NCBI GenBank assembly: GCA_012862495.1
Contig: BLSG01000062.1
Span: forward strand, 186,890 to 247,923
Origin: Thraustochytrium aureum
Taxonomy: Eukaryota
Direction: 5' to 3'
Length of the DNA stretch: 61,034 bases
Positions 36,060 to 48,692 of the stretch are shown here, piece after piece. Under the pieces are notes generated by a model. It did no database searches. It was given only the letters and a program-made list of their open reading frames with translations, and was not told the origin of the DNA. Position 1 is the stretch's first letter. Each line of letters starts with the position of its first letter. The position numbers were made by a program, and so were the translations under genes.

Positions 36060-39000
36060 CTAGGCAGTGACGAGGTTGTAGGCCACCGCAACGACGATCG
36101 ACAAGCCGGCCGCCCCGTTTGCATAGGGCACCATCGGCAGGAGCGACGGCTCCGTCATCACATACGCGTAGGAAATCGCGCAAAGGAGCAAGGCAAGCGC
36201 CCAACCCAACGAGCTCGAATCGCGGTCAAACATTTCGGCGTTTTCGCACTCCAGCCGCGCACGCTCCGCCTTTTCTTCTGTGCGCAAAACGCGCCTGAGG
36301 AGCTTGACCGGGTCGTCCTCGTCAAGACCGCCGTGCTCGAGCGCGGACGTGTCAGAGAAGATTGTGCGGAAGGCACTCGACGCGCGAGCGTATTGGACAA
36401 CGAGAGCGACGATCTCAGGTCGCGTTCGTTGCAGTCTCAAAAAGCTCTTGGTCTGCGACAGAGCAGCCAAGTGCAGCACGGCAAAGTGAAGCGCGCGCTC
36501 CCGGAGAGCTAGCGCCCCGCAGTCGTGCGCCTCCAGCAGCGCACGAAGGGCATTGTCTATCGAAATCTCCAGAGCGTCCTCGCACCGCTCGTGAAGCGAG
36601 AAGAGGGACAGTCGCCGCGCTGCTCGCATGTCTTCGAAAAGCTCGCCTTCGGTACTTGCCAGCACCCGCCCACCGTACAGGAAAGTTAGTACTCGCAGCA
36701 TGCAGGCGTTAGATTCATGGACGGCAATACGCAGCGGTGCGCCGACGGAGACTTGGCTTCGACTCATCAACCACTCTTTCAAAAGCGGTCTGCTCCGCGC
36801 GGTGACCACGGCGCTGTGCGCCCAAAGCTGCTGTCGTCGGACGTCAAGAAGACCATGTCAGCCCACGTGGGCTCGTTCACAAAGCCTTCGAGGTCTGCGT
36901 GAAACGTAGACTCAAGAAGCGACTCGTCAGTCATCAAGTTGGCTCGGCGGGCCACCCTCGCTTGCCGCCGCGCGGCCCTCCGGCGCCGCCGGAGCTCGCG
37001 CTGTTTGGATTCCGCCTCTTGCTCCGCCTCGCGGTCTTCCTTCTCTTCGGCCAAGAGGCCTGCACTTGTACTTTCGTCCTGGCCGTCCCCGGCTTCACTG
37101 TCGACCTCGCTCTCAGCGTCGCTCAAGTCTCCAGAGTCGTCGACGGCCTGTGCGCGCGCACACATCGCCTCGAGGCGCGTCAACCCGAGCTCGCGGGCAG
37201 CACGCCCGAGCTCGTCAACCACAGAGCCCATCGGGTCAAGACGAGAGCTCAAAATGTCGCCGTAAATATAGTCCAGGAGAAGTCGGCCAGCCTCAAGCCC
37301 AACGCCAGGCAAGGCAAGCCGCACATACCCGTCGCGTTTGTCGAGCACTTGAGTCCCCTCAAGGTCGATCAGCTTTTTGAGTTCGGGACTGCGCGCAGCG
37401 AGGATGACGCGGTGCGCGTGCAGCGACTCTGTGCCAACGAGCAGCTCAACGTCGGGCTCAACGACGCGATCGCCCTCGCGCGGGAAGGCTAGCTTGCGCA
37501 ACGACTCGCCAAGCTCCACAGCCGGCGCGGCCCCAGAGGTCGTCACCGTTGTGTGCCAACCGCCGCAGGCGACGGACTCTGCCCTCAGCCCCAGGAGACG
37601 CGCGTCTCCCGTGAGACGCGGCTCTGCGCAAGACGNNNNNNNNNNNNNNNNNNNNNNNNNNNNNNNNNNNNNNNNNNNNNNNNNNNNNNNNNNNNNNNNN
37701 NNNNNNNNNNNNNNNNNNNNNNNNNNNNNNNNNNNNNNNNNNNNNNNNNNNNNNNNNNNNNNNNNNNNNNNNNNNNNNNNNNNNNNNNNNNNNNNNNNNN
37801 NNNNNNNNNNNNNNNNNNNNNNNNNNNNNNNNNNNNNNGTTCGCCCAGGCAGCCCGGTCACGTGGCGGGGCCAGCGCCAGGGCTGCTCGTCTTCAAGCGC
37901 TCGCATCGCACCCTGCTCCTCCTCGCCCCCCTCAGCAGCAGGATCTGCATCCGTGGGCCGTGAGAACCCCAAACCAAACGTCGCGGATGATGCTGCAGCT
38001 GCAACCGACGTCTTGACTTGACGGTTGTCGGAGACGACGAAGCTGCCCTTGACGCGGACAGACCAGTTCGTTGCGCTTGCTCCATGCCCTAGCGCAGCAG
38101 ACCCAAGCCCGCCCCAAGTGTACAGCCTCCCGATTCGGTCTATTGCAAGCGAGTGCTGAGCGCCGCACGAAATTGAGGCCAGGGGCGGCAACGCCAGGAG
38201 CTCGCCGCCGGCCTCGTTGATCCCAAACTCGACGCGCCGCGGAACGAGCGCGTTGCGCAGGCTTCCAGAGCCTAATTGTCCGTGGGAGCCTCGGCCCCAC
38301 GAGTAAAGCCGGCCTTGCCCGTCGAGGGCAAGCGCGTGGGCCTCGCCGCACGCAACCCGGACTACGTTGGCTCCAGCCAGAACGCCGCCGACGCGCCGCG
38401 GCCTGACTCGGAAACGCTGCACCGCCTCGCGCTCGTCACTTGACCCAGAGGTCGAAGCCGCTCGGCGAGCTCGCCTACGCGCGAAGAAGGAGCGTTCCTC
38501 GCGCGTATCTGGCGCACCAAGGCCAAGCCGGCCGTGGAGCCAGGTGCCCCAAGTGTACACGGTCCCCGAGCTGGCAAGCGCGGCGCAAAACCCGCCTCCG
38601 CACGCGACTCCCTCAACGGCCTCCCCGCCAAAATCCTCTCGAGGGATGGGCGTGGGAATGGCGCGCGTTTTCGTGTCGCCGAGCCCGAGCGCAGATCCAA
38701 TCCCCCAGGTGAAGACGAGGCCGTCGCGGCTCACGCAGGCAGAATGCGACCCAACGAGATCCGAGCCGCACGACACGTCTACAGCGAGCACGGGCTCTGG
38801 TCTGCCTCCGAGCTCTTCAACTAGCCTCGGGACGTCGAGGTCCCTGGTGTCGCCGTGTCCAAGAGCGCCGTCGGACCCGCCGCCCCACGTGTAAACGAGG
38901 CCGAGGTCCGTCAGCGCCGCGCAGTGGTACCAGCCACACGAAACTTTGTGCACCCGCGTAAAGTCGAGCATGCCCCATACAGGGACCGAGATGGCCTCGG

Positions 39001-40835
39001 CGGCAAGTGCCATCCGGCTCGAACCTACGCCGAGAACGCCTGACTCGTTTCTCCCCCAGCTCATTACCTGCACGGAGTGGGCATAGCGCTGGCCAGGCCG
39101 AACAGCAAGCCGCGCGAGGTCGACGCGCATGAAGGGCTCGTCGGACCCGGCGTGGGCGCTTTGCTCGGTCTCTTGCGCGTCCGCGCTCTCTGGGGCGACG
39201 GCCTCGACTGGGCGGTCTGGCACGAGGTCCAGGCTGAGCGTGGCGTAGAGCTGAGAGAGGGACGCTGGGTGATCTCGAACCACTTGCGACAAGCGCGACG
39301 CGGAGCACTCGATTTCGAGCGTCGCAAGGACGCGCACGGCCTCCTCCCCCTGCTCGACTTCCTCCCCGGGAACCCTTAGCGCGTCAAAGTCGCGGCTCTG
39401 CGTCTTGACGAGAATGAGGCCAGATCCGCGAACCTGAATACCGGTCCCCCAGACCGTGTTGCCGTCAAACATGCCGGTTCGCACAAAGACGTCCACATCT
39501 TCGTATTGCGTGGAAAGGTCGCCAACAACTGACAACTGGTCCACGCCGGCGCTGGCCTGGTTTAGCATTTCAAACCCCGTGAGGACCTGAACTTTGCCTT
39601 CCTTGTCGCCGCTTGCAGTTGACACCTCAAGACCGAGAGCAGCTCTGATGAGCTGGGCGCCGGCCTCGTCCGCAAAGCAAGCTTGCCGCGCTGTCTGTGC
39701 CATGAACCGGACCCAAGCCTCTGAAGGGCCCAGCCCGCCGCCTTCGGTTTGCGATAGGTAGGCGTCGGATCCCGTCAGAGCGCACTGTACGCTGCGCGCG
39801 ATGCCCTTGGCGTTTGAGGCGCGACGTCGCGCCCCGCGGTTGACAACGATCCCGCGCTCGCGAAGGTAGTCGAGGTAAACGTCCCGCTGCGCTTGTACCT
39901 CGGGGAGAGGGACGGTCTTCTCGTAGTGGCGCCGCAGGTTTTCGCCGCTCACCGGGACCCGTAGGGGTCTCTCCCCTCTTGCGCATTCCACCAAGGAGCT
40001 CGCGTAGCGCGGCCACCGAGTCGCACTGAGCGAGGAGCTTGGAATGTTGAGACTCTACAGCGCGGGAGAATAGAACGGGCCCAGACAATGCCCTGTGCCC
40101 CGATATCATGTGGTCAAGAGCGCTCCGTGCGGCGGCCATCACGTCGAGGACTTTGCGCGTGTCCCGAACTGCGACCAGGTCCCCTCCGTCCTTGGCTTTA
40201 GCTGCAGACTCTTCGTCGAACCACTGCACGTCGACCGAGGCCCACAAATCCCGCGCCGGCGCACCGTTCACTGGCGCGCCTTGCCTCTCGGATTCCTCAT
40301 CTTCGCTGTCGGGAACGTCAGACACAGGGAAGAACTCGTCGTCCTGCGGAACGCCAATGGTCGGTGGGTCCGAACGAGGTGAGGTTTCGCGCGTGCGCGC
40401 AGTGTCGTCGTCGCTGGGCGATTTCCCCCCGTCGGCGATGTCCACGCTTTCCGAGGCAGCGTCGCCTTCGTTGTCAGATTCTTGGTTCCCCTTCGGCTCC
40501 TCGCTTTGGCTTCCTTGCTTGGCCTCCTCGGCTGAGCTGTCCAGTTCCGCCTTGGAAGAGTCGTCCTGCTCGGCTTCGGCCTCGTCCCCATGTACGTCTT
40601 TCAGAGACCGGCGTCTGATTGTGGTCTCGATTTTCTTGACCAGTGTCCGAACGCTGGGCGACCCGTCAGGCTTGCCGACAGGCTTGCCGTCAGGCTTGCC
40701 GTCAGGCTTAGCTCCGCGCTTCCACGGGTGTCCATCGGCGTCTTTGCGCTCCACCTCCTCCCGCCCATCAACGCCTCCGGCATCACTTGCAGCGTGCAAC
40801 GCCCTCCGGCCTCCTCCTTCTGCCTGCTCGGCCAT
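36060..40835 (-). CDS. RCC1-repeat / tandem BTB-POZ protein with C-terminal membrane anchor; frame breaks at ~39995 and ~36830, gap 37636-37838
   Basis: ATG at 40835. RCC1 repeats (VSCGWYHCAALTDLGLVYTWGGGSDGALGHG; VACGEAHALALDGQGRLYSWGRGSHGQLG; ISCGAQHSLA). BTB1 PDVELLV..LHAHRVILAARS..LLDYIY; BTB2 ADMVF..WAHSAVVTARS..LTFLY; BACK-like ISIDNALRALL..LRERALHF; two terminal hydrophobic segments. Confidence 0.85.
40662..40709 (-). repeat. 12-bp coding tandem repeat (KPDG/KPVG x4)
   Basis: Plus-strand unit cgtcaggcttgc with one variant; encodes KPDGKPDGKPVGKPDG. Confidence 0.85.
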
Positions 40836-41950
40836 CGCCCGCGCCGCAGCACCTTCGCGCAGCAAAGTCCGCGCAAGCCGTGCACCGCCCGAACCGCCGA
40901 CCACCGTTCGCGCGAGGCGTTTGGCCGGACCGCGCCGCCGCCGCTGGAGCCGCTGCGGCACTGCGCTGTGCGACCANNNNNNNNNNNNNNNNNNNNNNNN
41001 NNNNNNNNNNNNNNNNNNNNNNNNNNNNNNNNNNNNNNNNNNNNNNNNNNNNNNNNNNNNNNNNNNNNNNNNNNNNNNNNNNNNNNNNNNNNNNNNNNNN
41101 NNNNNNNNNNNNNNNNNNNNNNNNNNNNNNNNNNNNNNNNNNNNNNNNNNNNNNNNNNNNNNNNNATCGTTGCCGCCCTGCCTTTCGAGTACTCGGAGTA
41201 CTCAATCAACCATGGACGGCAGGCCTGTGCGCGTGGGCCCCGGGCCTGCGTGCCGCGGCCAGGATGGACCGGTCTGCAGTCTGACGCGGGACACATGCAA
41301 GCCTCGGGGTCGCGCACATGCATCTGGCAGCTCAGGGTCGTTTCGCCGGCGTTTCATGGCCGTGCGGCTGGACGCGCGCGGGCCGAAGGACGCAGCGCCA
41401 GGGCTCTTTTGCTCCGGCGCCGACGCCGTGTGGTCATGCACATGTGCACGTACTGACTCGAGGCGCGCCACCGTCGATCGGATGGCAGGGCAGCCGCCAA
41501 CAAGACCGGGAAACCGCCTTCGCCGCCTTCGCCGCCATCGCCGCCATCGCCGCGGCGGAACGAATTGAACTCGGGCCGTTGCCGTCCAGCGCATCGAGCT
41601 CAAGGACGCCGGCGCCAAGCCAACGCGGGCGGCTTGTGGCGGCTCGGCTTCGTTCGAGGAGCTCGCTCGCCATGAATGATGGCCAGCGTGGAGCGGACGC
41701 AGCGCGGCCGGTACTGGAGAAAAATTCGAGTTGGCCGTCGCGGCGGCGGCAGCAGTCGCCCATCGCGCTGTGCCGCGCCGGACTCTGCGAGCGGAGCGCA
41801 GGGTAAGTACCTACGCAAGGCAAGAGACCGCTTCGCGCAAGGGAGCAGTGCAGGGCCGGCTGGGCGGCGCGGCCGGGCTGCTCGGTGCCGCTTAGGTTTT
41901 TGGGTCCTTGTGAAAAGTGGACGCGCTAGGCCTTCGCACTGCGTACGAGG

Positions 41951-44234
41951 ATGCCGACCGGAAGGGCAGGCGTGGACCGGCTTCTCCATGCGGTTGTGGA
42001 CGCGCTCGGGTTCGCCAAGGACCTGCACGGGTACTGCATCCCCGTGGCGATGCTCCGCGACGTCCTGATCCACTTTTTCAAGGTTGACGCCAGGCTCCCA
42101 AACCAGACCTGCAAAGCGCTCAACCACGACGAAGCGATGCAGACGCGGCGCGCAAAGAGAATAGTGCTGGAGGAGGACGTCCAGGGCTTTCGCGAATGGG
42201 TGATGATCGACGGAAACGTTGCGAGACCCGTCGAAACGCTCGGCCCGCGGGAGTGCATCGAGCGGTCCTGGGGCAGCCTCGAGGCCAACAGCGCCGCCGA
42301 CAAGGTGGAAAAGTGGATGCCGCGCAATTTCCCGCAGGCGCCTACGCTCGAGGACGTCCTTCCAAAGTCTCTGCGCCAAGTCGTCGAGAGCCTCAACAAA
42401 GCGCTCCAGTACGGGTCAAACACTCGAGCCGGTCGCCCCCGCACGTCGCGAGCTCTCTCAACGAGATCGCCATCGGACGATGCCGTTGAGGGAGACACCG
42501 CGGAGGTCCCGAATGCGAGCGAGGCGAACGCGGCGCAAAGCGGACCACCCTGTAAAGGCTTTGAGGTGCTGAAACGTCACGTCCTAACCTCCCAGGTTCA
42601 AGTCCAGAAGGAGCTGACTTCCTCGAACCGGGAAAAGGTATGGGTTCGGTCGCGAGCCTGCATGTCGCTGGGAGAAGCCGGGCGCTCGATGTGTGAAAAT
42701 TGTCGCAAAACGAAAGGGACATGCGCCAAGTACATTCGCAATGCAGCCCGTGTGGCGGTGGACACGATGGGGTTCGAGTCGCTGAAGCAAGCGATAAACT
42801 CCACCGCGGTCGAGGTGCTGCATCGGTCGGCCACGGCTATTCAGCGCATGGAGAACGAGCTGAAGCGCACAAAACAGCGCATGGAGGAGCTGCGCAAGGA
42901 GCGCGAACTCAAGCCGCTTTCAAAACTGGTCCACAAGCTGGAGCACGCGGCGATCTTTACCCAAAAGTCGTTTCTCTACCGCTTCACGAGCTGCATGCTG
43001 AGCGCGTACGAATACATAATGCGGGCCGGCACAAACGGGCTGCGGTGGGAAACGCTGCCCTTCGGCCGTGAGATGACCGTGTTTTTCATGATCATCCGCA
43101 ACTTTAGCGGCGGCCGCACCATCCTTCGGTTCCTTCGGGGGCCGATGGGTGCAGCTTCTACCAACAAGCGCCGCCGCAAGTCACCGCTCGCCGGGCACGT
43201 TGGGAGCTCGAGCGCACAGATGGGCGGGGCCGACGAGGGTGCCGAGATGCGCAACAAGAGCGGGCGCGGGACGAAGATCACAGAGGCAGACATGCGCATT
43301 CCGATGATGTCCATGGAAACGCTGGAGCGGAAACTTCGCGAAAAGACGCGCTCCGTCGAACAAGAAATACCAGATCTCACCATCTCAACACTCGACAACA
43401 CGCTCAACCGCTTTTCGACCGAGAACGAAAAGGTTACTGCAGCCGTCCACAGCGCTCTAATCAAGGAGTGGGACCAAACGGTGCGGGAGGCTCTCCAAGA
43501 GGCTGTTGATGGTGAACAGCCGGGCGATGGAGCTGGTCTGCGTGTAGAGCCCTCGCCGAGGTCTCGTGGCGAGCTCCCGCCGGCCGTCCCGCAGCAGGGC
43601 GATGATGGGGACGAACACCTGCACCATGGAGCCCCGGTAATGTCCCACCAGCAACACCACCATCAACACCAGCACCAACCGCAACAGTTGCAGCATGGTT
43701 TGGGCATGCACGACCCTGATGTGAATGGTTCGCAGCAGCGCTTGACAAGAATGCAGCACCTGCGCCAACCTCAGATGAATTTGCAGCAGCACCAGCCGCA
43801 CGCAGACCTCATGCTGGAACGGGGTCACCAGAACATGCACGTGCAGCATCATGACCAACAACATGGCCTCCAGCAGCACCAAGATGACCAGCTCCAGGGC
43901 CGTCGGGAAGCGGAACAGTACCACCACCAGCATCACCCAGATCTCATGGAGCACGACGGCGTGGATGGGCAGTTTGCGACGATCCCGCCACCACCGCCAC
44001 CAAATATGTCAATGTCGTCGTCTTCGTCGTCTCTTGGCCAGCACGCCTCGCACCAACTCGGCCACGAAAGGCAACCACTACATGCAGCCGCCGCAGCACA
44101 TGCACGACCAGGAGATGCAAGGCGACGGCCAGGGCGGCGGACCAGCCGCGCTCTTGGGCCTCGCTCACTCCTCGCAAGGCCAGCCGCCCCCTCTGGACAG
44201 CGCGAAGGGCGCGAAGCGCGGCCGTTCAGCGTAG
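41951..44234 (+). CDS. Uncharacterised, probably nuclear protein: Cys motif + coiled coil + P-element/THAP9-transposase-like HTH region + His/Gln-rich tail
   Basis: Long ORF from 41951; a GTAAGT donor at 41803 and TAG acceptor at ~41929 suggest an upstream exon starting at ATG 41672. Contains an NKRRRK NLS-like motif. An apparent extra A at ~44068 moves the true C-terminus into the frame ending ..KGAKRGRSA* at 44234. Confidence 0.7.
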
Positions 44235-44372
44235 CCATCCCATCCCACGCCATCAGCCATCGGGCGACCTCGCCCCGATCCCGCGCCGCGGCGCCACACC
44301 AGCCATCAACATTTCGTCGCAAGAAAGCGCACCAATCCACACAATTGTTCATTCCGCCGTGCTCCTTTCGCG

Positions 44373-44909
44373 CTCCTTTCGCGCGCTGCAGGTCGATCGC
44401 GATGGGCATCCGCCACGTCCTGCACGCCCTTCGTCCCACTACCCACTGCACCTCCTCCGCGGCGATGTCGGGGCCTTGATGATGCTGGCCCACCTCCGCG
44501 ATGATGCGCCGGCCGCAGTGCTCCTTTCGCGCGCTGCAGGTCGATCGCGATGGGCACCTGCCACGTCCTGCACGCCCTTCGTCCNNNNNNNNNNNNNNNN
44601 NNNNNNNNNNNNNNNNNNNNNNNNNNNNNNNNNNNNNNNNNNNNNNNNNNNNNNNNNNNNNNNNNNNNNNNNNNNNNNNNNNNNNNNNNNNNNNNNNNNN
44701 NNNNNNNNNNNNNNNNNNNNNNNNNNNNNNNNNNNNNNNNNNNNNNNNNNNNNNNNNNNNNNNNNNNNNNNNNNNNNNNNNNNNNCGCGATGGGCACCTG
44801 CCACGTCCTGCACGCCCTTCGTCCCACTACCCACTGCACCTCCTCCGCGGCGATGTCGGGGCCTTGATGATGGTGGCCCACCTCCGCGATGTTGCGCCGG
44901 CCGCAGTGC
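44373..44909. repeat. ~148-bp tandem minisatellite, at least 2 copies, interrupted by gap 44585-44785
   Basis: Unit start ctcctttcgcgcgctgcaggtcgatcgcgatggg occurs at 44373 and 44521. The post-gap sequence 44786-44909 is a near-identical copy with a few substitutions. Confidence 0.92.
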
Positions 44910-45261
44910 CGTTAGCCGCCATCGGCGTAACGGTACTACCGGCCCCCAGGCCCACATCCATCCCGACGTCCTGCAGACTCGCCGCGCAGCATTGGCCGGG
45001 ACGCGTGAGAGCTCCTTGCGGTTGTCGCGGGCGCCGTGGCACCGTGGCAGAGCGGCGGGCTTCGCGCGAGACGCGGACGATTTCGGCGGCGTGGGAGCAC
45101 GCGGCAACGCTCGGCGCGCACTCGCGACGACGCGCCCGCTACGACAGCGCAAGCCTCCCGCGTATCGTGAGGCGGCCGCAGGCCTCGCGAGCTCGCGAGT
45201 GTCGTCGAGGCGCGCTACATCGGGGCTCTAACGCTCGGTGGGCTGGTACGGTTGGGGCAAG

Positions 45262-46026
45262 ATGAGCTCGAACAATGAGGACTGGGGGGCGCTCCAGCAC
45301 GAAGCGGAAAAGATTGGGGAGCGGGCCGATGTCGAGGCCAAGCCCCGTGCGGGCCGGCGCGGACGGAGGCGCGAACAGAGCGACGAGGAGGCCGAGAGCC
45401 CTAGCTCTGGTGCAGAGCAAAAGGACGAAGGAAAAGAGAGCGACGAACCGCGTAGCGGCGGCAAGCCGCCGCCGCCTCGCAAGGCTGCGGGGTGGGGCGA
45501 CGAGTCGAGCGGCGGCGAGTCAAAGACAGAGTTTGCTCCAACCAAAGTAAAGCGGGCCTCCACGGCGCGCGACGGCCTGCTCGCGGGCCCGGACGACGCA
45601 GACCCCGCCAACAAGGCCTCGACGCGGCACAGCAAGCACTTTGACGACAACGCAAGCGACGACGGCGGCGACATAATGATCATCCCCGACCTAGACGACG
45701 ATCGCGAAGAGGACCTGCAACTCAAGGTGGCCGAGGCCCCGCAAAATGTGCATCGCGTCGTGCAGAGTTTGCGCGAGCTGGACAGCCAGATCCAAGGCTT
45801 GCAGCTCCCCACGGCAGCGGCCACCGACGAGAGGCTCGACCTCAGTATTCTCTCAAGTGTCCTTGTCCCACGCAACAAGCTCGAGGAGCCTGACGAGGCG
45901 TGGGACTTTGAGCAGCTGCTGGAGCAAGTGTCGCAAGCGATGACACGGCAGAAGGAGAGCAACGAAGAGTTTGCTCGGGCTACCGAGGCAGCTGCCTCGG
46001 CAGCGGCCAACCCAGCCCGCGCTTGA
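45262..46026 (+). CDS. IFT43: Intraflagellar transport protein 43 (IFT-A)
   Basis: ATG at 45262. AAGWG motif, IMIIPDLDDDREEDLQLKVAEAP, VQSLRELD, LDLSILSSVLVP..EPDEAWDFEQL match the IFT43 family pattern. Confidence 0.9.
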   Translation: MSSNNEDWGALQHEAEKIGERADVEAKPRAGRRGRRREQSDEEAESPSSGAEQKDEGKESDEPRSGGKPPPPRKAAGWGDESSGGESKTEFAPTKVKRASTARDGLLAGPDDADPANKASTRHSKHFDDNASDDGGDIMIIPDLDDDREEDLQLKVAEAPQNVHRVVQSLRELDSQIQGLQLPTAAATDERLDLSILSSVLVPRNKLEEPDEAWDFEQLLEQVSQAMTRQKESNEEFARATEAAASAAANPARA

Positions 46027-46462
46027 GATTAACCAGAGCGAAAAAGAAAAAGAAAGGAAGGGGAACTTGGGACGCGCCCCAAGGGGCAGTTGAGTTGGAC
46101 GACGCAAGGGGCTCTAGAGGTAGCTCCTGGCAAATTACAGCAAGCCAAGCGGGCGGGCGCGGCAGAACCACAAGTCCCTACGGCAGAACGAGAACGACAC
46201 AAATCAAATAGCCTCTAGTTTTCGCTCGCCAGACTGTGCACAGCCCGCCCCTCCCACACCACACGCCCCCCTTCGTCATGGCAGCGCGCTGCGCAGCGAG
46301 ATGAATCGAGCCCAAGCCCGAAAATCCGCAAGCCAGCCCAGCCGCAAGTTTCTCGGTCAAATTCAGAGCTCGGTAGTTGGAGCTCGGTCGCTCCTCGCAA
46401 AAGCGCCGCTTCGCCACGCTGGTCAGCAACGCCCGTGCGCGGCCCCGGGCCGCCAAGTCCTG

Positions 46463-48692
46463 CTATTGCTTTGCGCTCTTGCGTTTCTTAAACAGGTCCG
46501 TGGCCTCCGCGTCATCCTCGTCGATGGCGAGCTTGCGCTTCTTCTTGGGCGCGAATATGGTCTTGGGCGGGAGGCGGAACGACCGCAGCTGAGCCAAAAC
46601 GTATTCGGACGGCACTGGGCGCGACACCTCGATACCGAGCGTGTCGGGGAGCATGCCCTCGAGCTTGCGAATCGCCGACGGCGTCTTGGCGTCGTCAGGC
46701 CCCCCAATGGGCTGAAGAGCCACGGCCCGCCCGATCGACGACGCGGCGGTCGGAGACGCTAGCCCCCCCGCCGCCCCGCCGCCCAAGCCCAAACCGAGGC
46801 CGACGCCCTGCACACCCGCGAGGACCGGGACGCCCTTGTGCATGCGCGCGTGCGGGCCGAGGCTGAGCTGCTTTGATCTATCGAAGAAGGACAGGTCCGC
46901 TGGGAGGGCCGGGTACTGGCCCAAGAACGCATAGCGATGCACGATCCCAGAGAAGCCGCGCAAGAAGGGGGCCTTGTCAGGGAAGGCCTCGGCCATGCGG
47001 CGCTCGATCGAGGCAAGCATCTTGAGCGCGCCGGCGCCAGCAGTGAANNNNNNNNNNNNNNNNNNNNNNNNNNNNNNNNNNNNNNNNNNNNNNNNNNNNN
47101 NNNNNNNNNNNNNNNNNNNNNNNNNNNNNNNNNNNNNNNNNNNNNNNNNNNNNNNNNNNNNNNNNNNNNNNNNNNNNNNNNNNNNNNNNNNNNNNNNNNN
47201 NNNNNNNNNNNNNNNNNNNNNNNNNNNNNNNNNNNNNNNNNNNNNNNNNNNNNNNNNNNNNNNNNNNNNNNNNNNNNNNNNNNNNNNNNNNNNNNNNNNN
47301 NNNNNGGTACTGCACAATGAAGCCGACGTCGCGCGGGAAGCGCCGCATGCCAAGCTCAAACACGTTCCGCGCCACACGTGGGTCCTTGTTGTTGTGGAAT
47401 TCGATCAGCGCCGCCGCCGTGAAGACGTTGCTGTCGCAGACAGGGGACTGACGCGCCCGGCGAAAGGCGCGCCTCGACGCGTCCACGCCGCCCACGCGGC
47501 GCTCGAACTGGAGCGACTGCACGAATACTACGGGGGACGGGTGCTTCTTCTCGAGCTTGGAGTAGATCTCGCGCGCCTCGTCGATGCGGCCCTGCGCCTC
47601 GCTCGCATCGGCTACCGCAAAGTGCAGGAGCAGCGAGTCGGGAACCGCCTCCAAGGAGCGCTTGAGCACTGTGCGCGCCGAGATAGAGTCGTTCGAGCCG
47701 AGCTCATACTGGCTAAAGTCGTACCAGACCTCCGGGTAAAAGAAAAGCGCGCTGAGCGCCTGGGTGAACAGCTGGCGCATGCGCCGCTTCAGTCCGATGT
47801 CAGACGTCCGCTCCGGGTTGGTCTTCTCGAACTCGAGCGCCCGTTTCCACCTTGCCACGACCTGGTCGTCGCGCGTATCTCCGCTGTACGGCTCGGGGAT
47901 CTCGCCGTACACGATGCCCTCCAAATTGCGCTTGCGCTCCAGGTAGACGGCCTTTGCCTTCATGTACTCTTGCTGGACCTCTGCTGGGACGTTGCGCTCG
48001 CGCTCCTCCAGGCCGCGCCAAATCTCCTCCAGATGCATCACAGGGAGCTTGATAGCGCGCGCATACGCGGTGCGCACCGCCAAGGCGCGGTTGCCCAGCT
48101 CGTACTGGGAGTCGCACCTTTGCGACTCGATAAACTTGATGTACTCGAGCCAAATCCGGCCGGACTCGTAGGCAAAGCCGATGTGCTTGAGAGCGTACTC
48201 GAAGGCCTCCTCCACCTCCTTGCGCGCCACTTTGTCCTGACTCGCCTCGCCGTCCCCGGACCCGAGCTTGCGCTCTCGCACGTAGGACAGGTAGAAGAGC
48301 CACAGGTTGACGCTGCCCAAGGACAGCAGCGTGCGCTTCAAGATGCGCTCCACCTGGTCAAAGTTGCTCTCTTTGAACTCGAGCTGGCAGTACCGCACCC
48401 AGAGCTTGTCTGCGAGCGGGAACCGCCGCAGGAGGGCCTCGTACATGTCGCGGGCGCGCTTGGCCGGCGCTTTGGTGGCATCCTCCGCAAGCGTGCGCCA
48501 TGTCGCAATGTCCTCGGCCTTGCCCTTGAGCGAGACCTCCTTGATCCTTGGCGCCGAGCCCGCCCCTTCTTCGGCGCCCAGGCCAGGGGCGTCCACGGCC
48601 AGCGCCTGGTCCATCGCGGACCCGTTGACGTCAAGTCCGGCGTTGGGGTCACGCGCGGCCACCTCGGGAAACGGCGCATCCTGCTCCGCCAT
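46463..48692 (-). CDS. CSTF3: Cleavage stimulation factor 77 kDa subunit (Suf/RNA14; HAT repeats); gap 47048-47305
   Basis: RDMYEALLRRFP..WVRYCQLE..VNLWLFYLSYVR..AFEYALKHIG..SGRIWLEYIKF..VRTAYARAI..WKRALEFEKTNP..YPEVWYD..FERRVGG..AALIEF..VARNVFELGMRRF. Basic C-terminus DLFKKRK. Confidence 0.92.

Noticed and set aside
44373..44909. Repeat array considered as a CRISPR locus
   Set aside because: The units are ~148 bp and contiguous, with no unique spacers and no cas genes, in a eukaryotic context.
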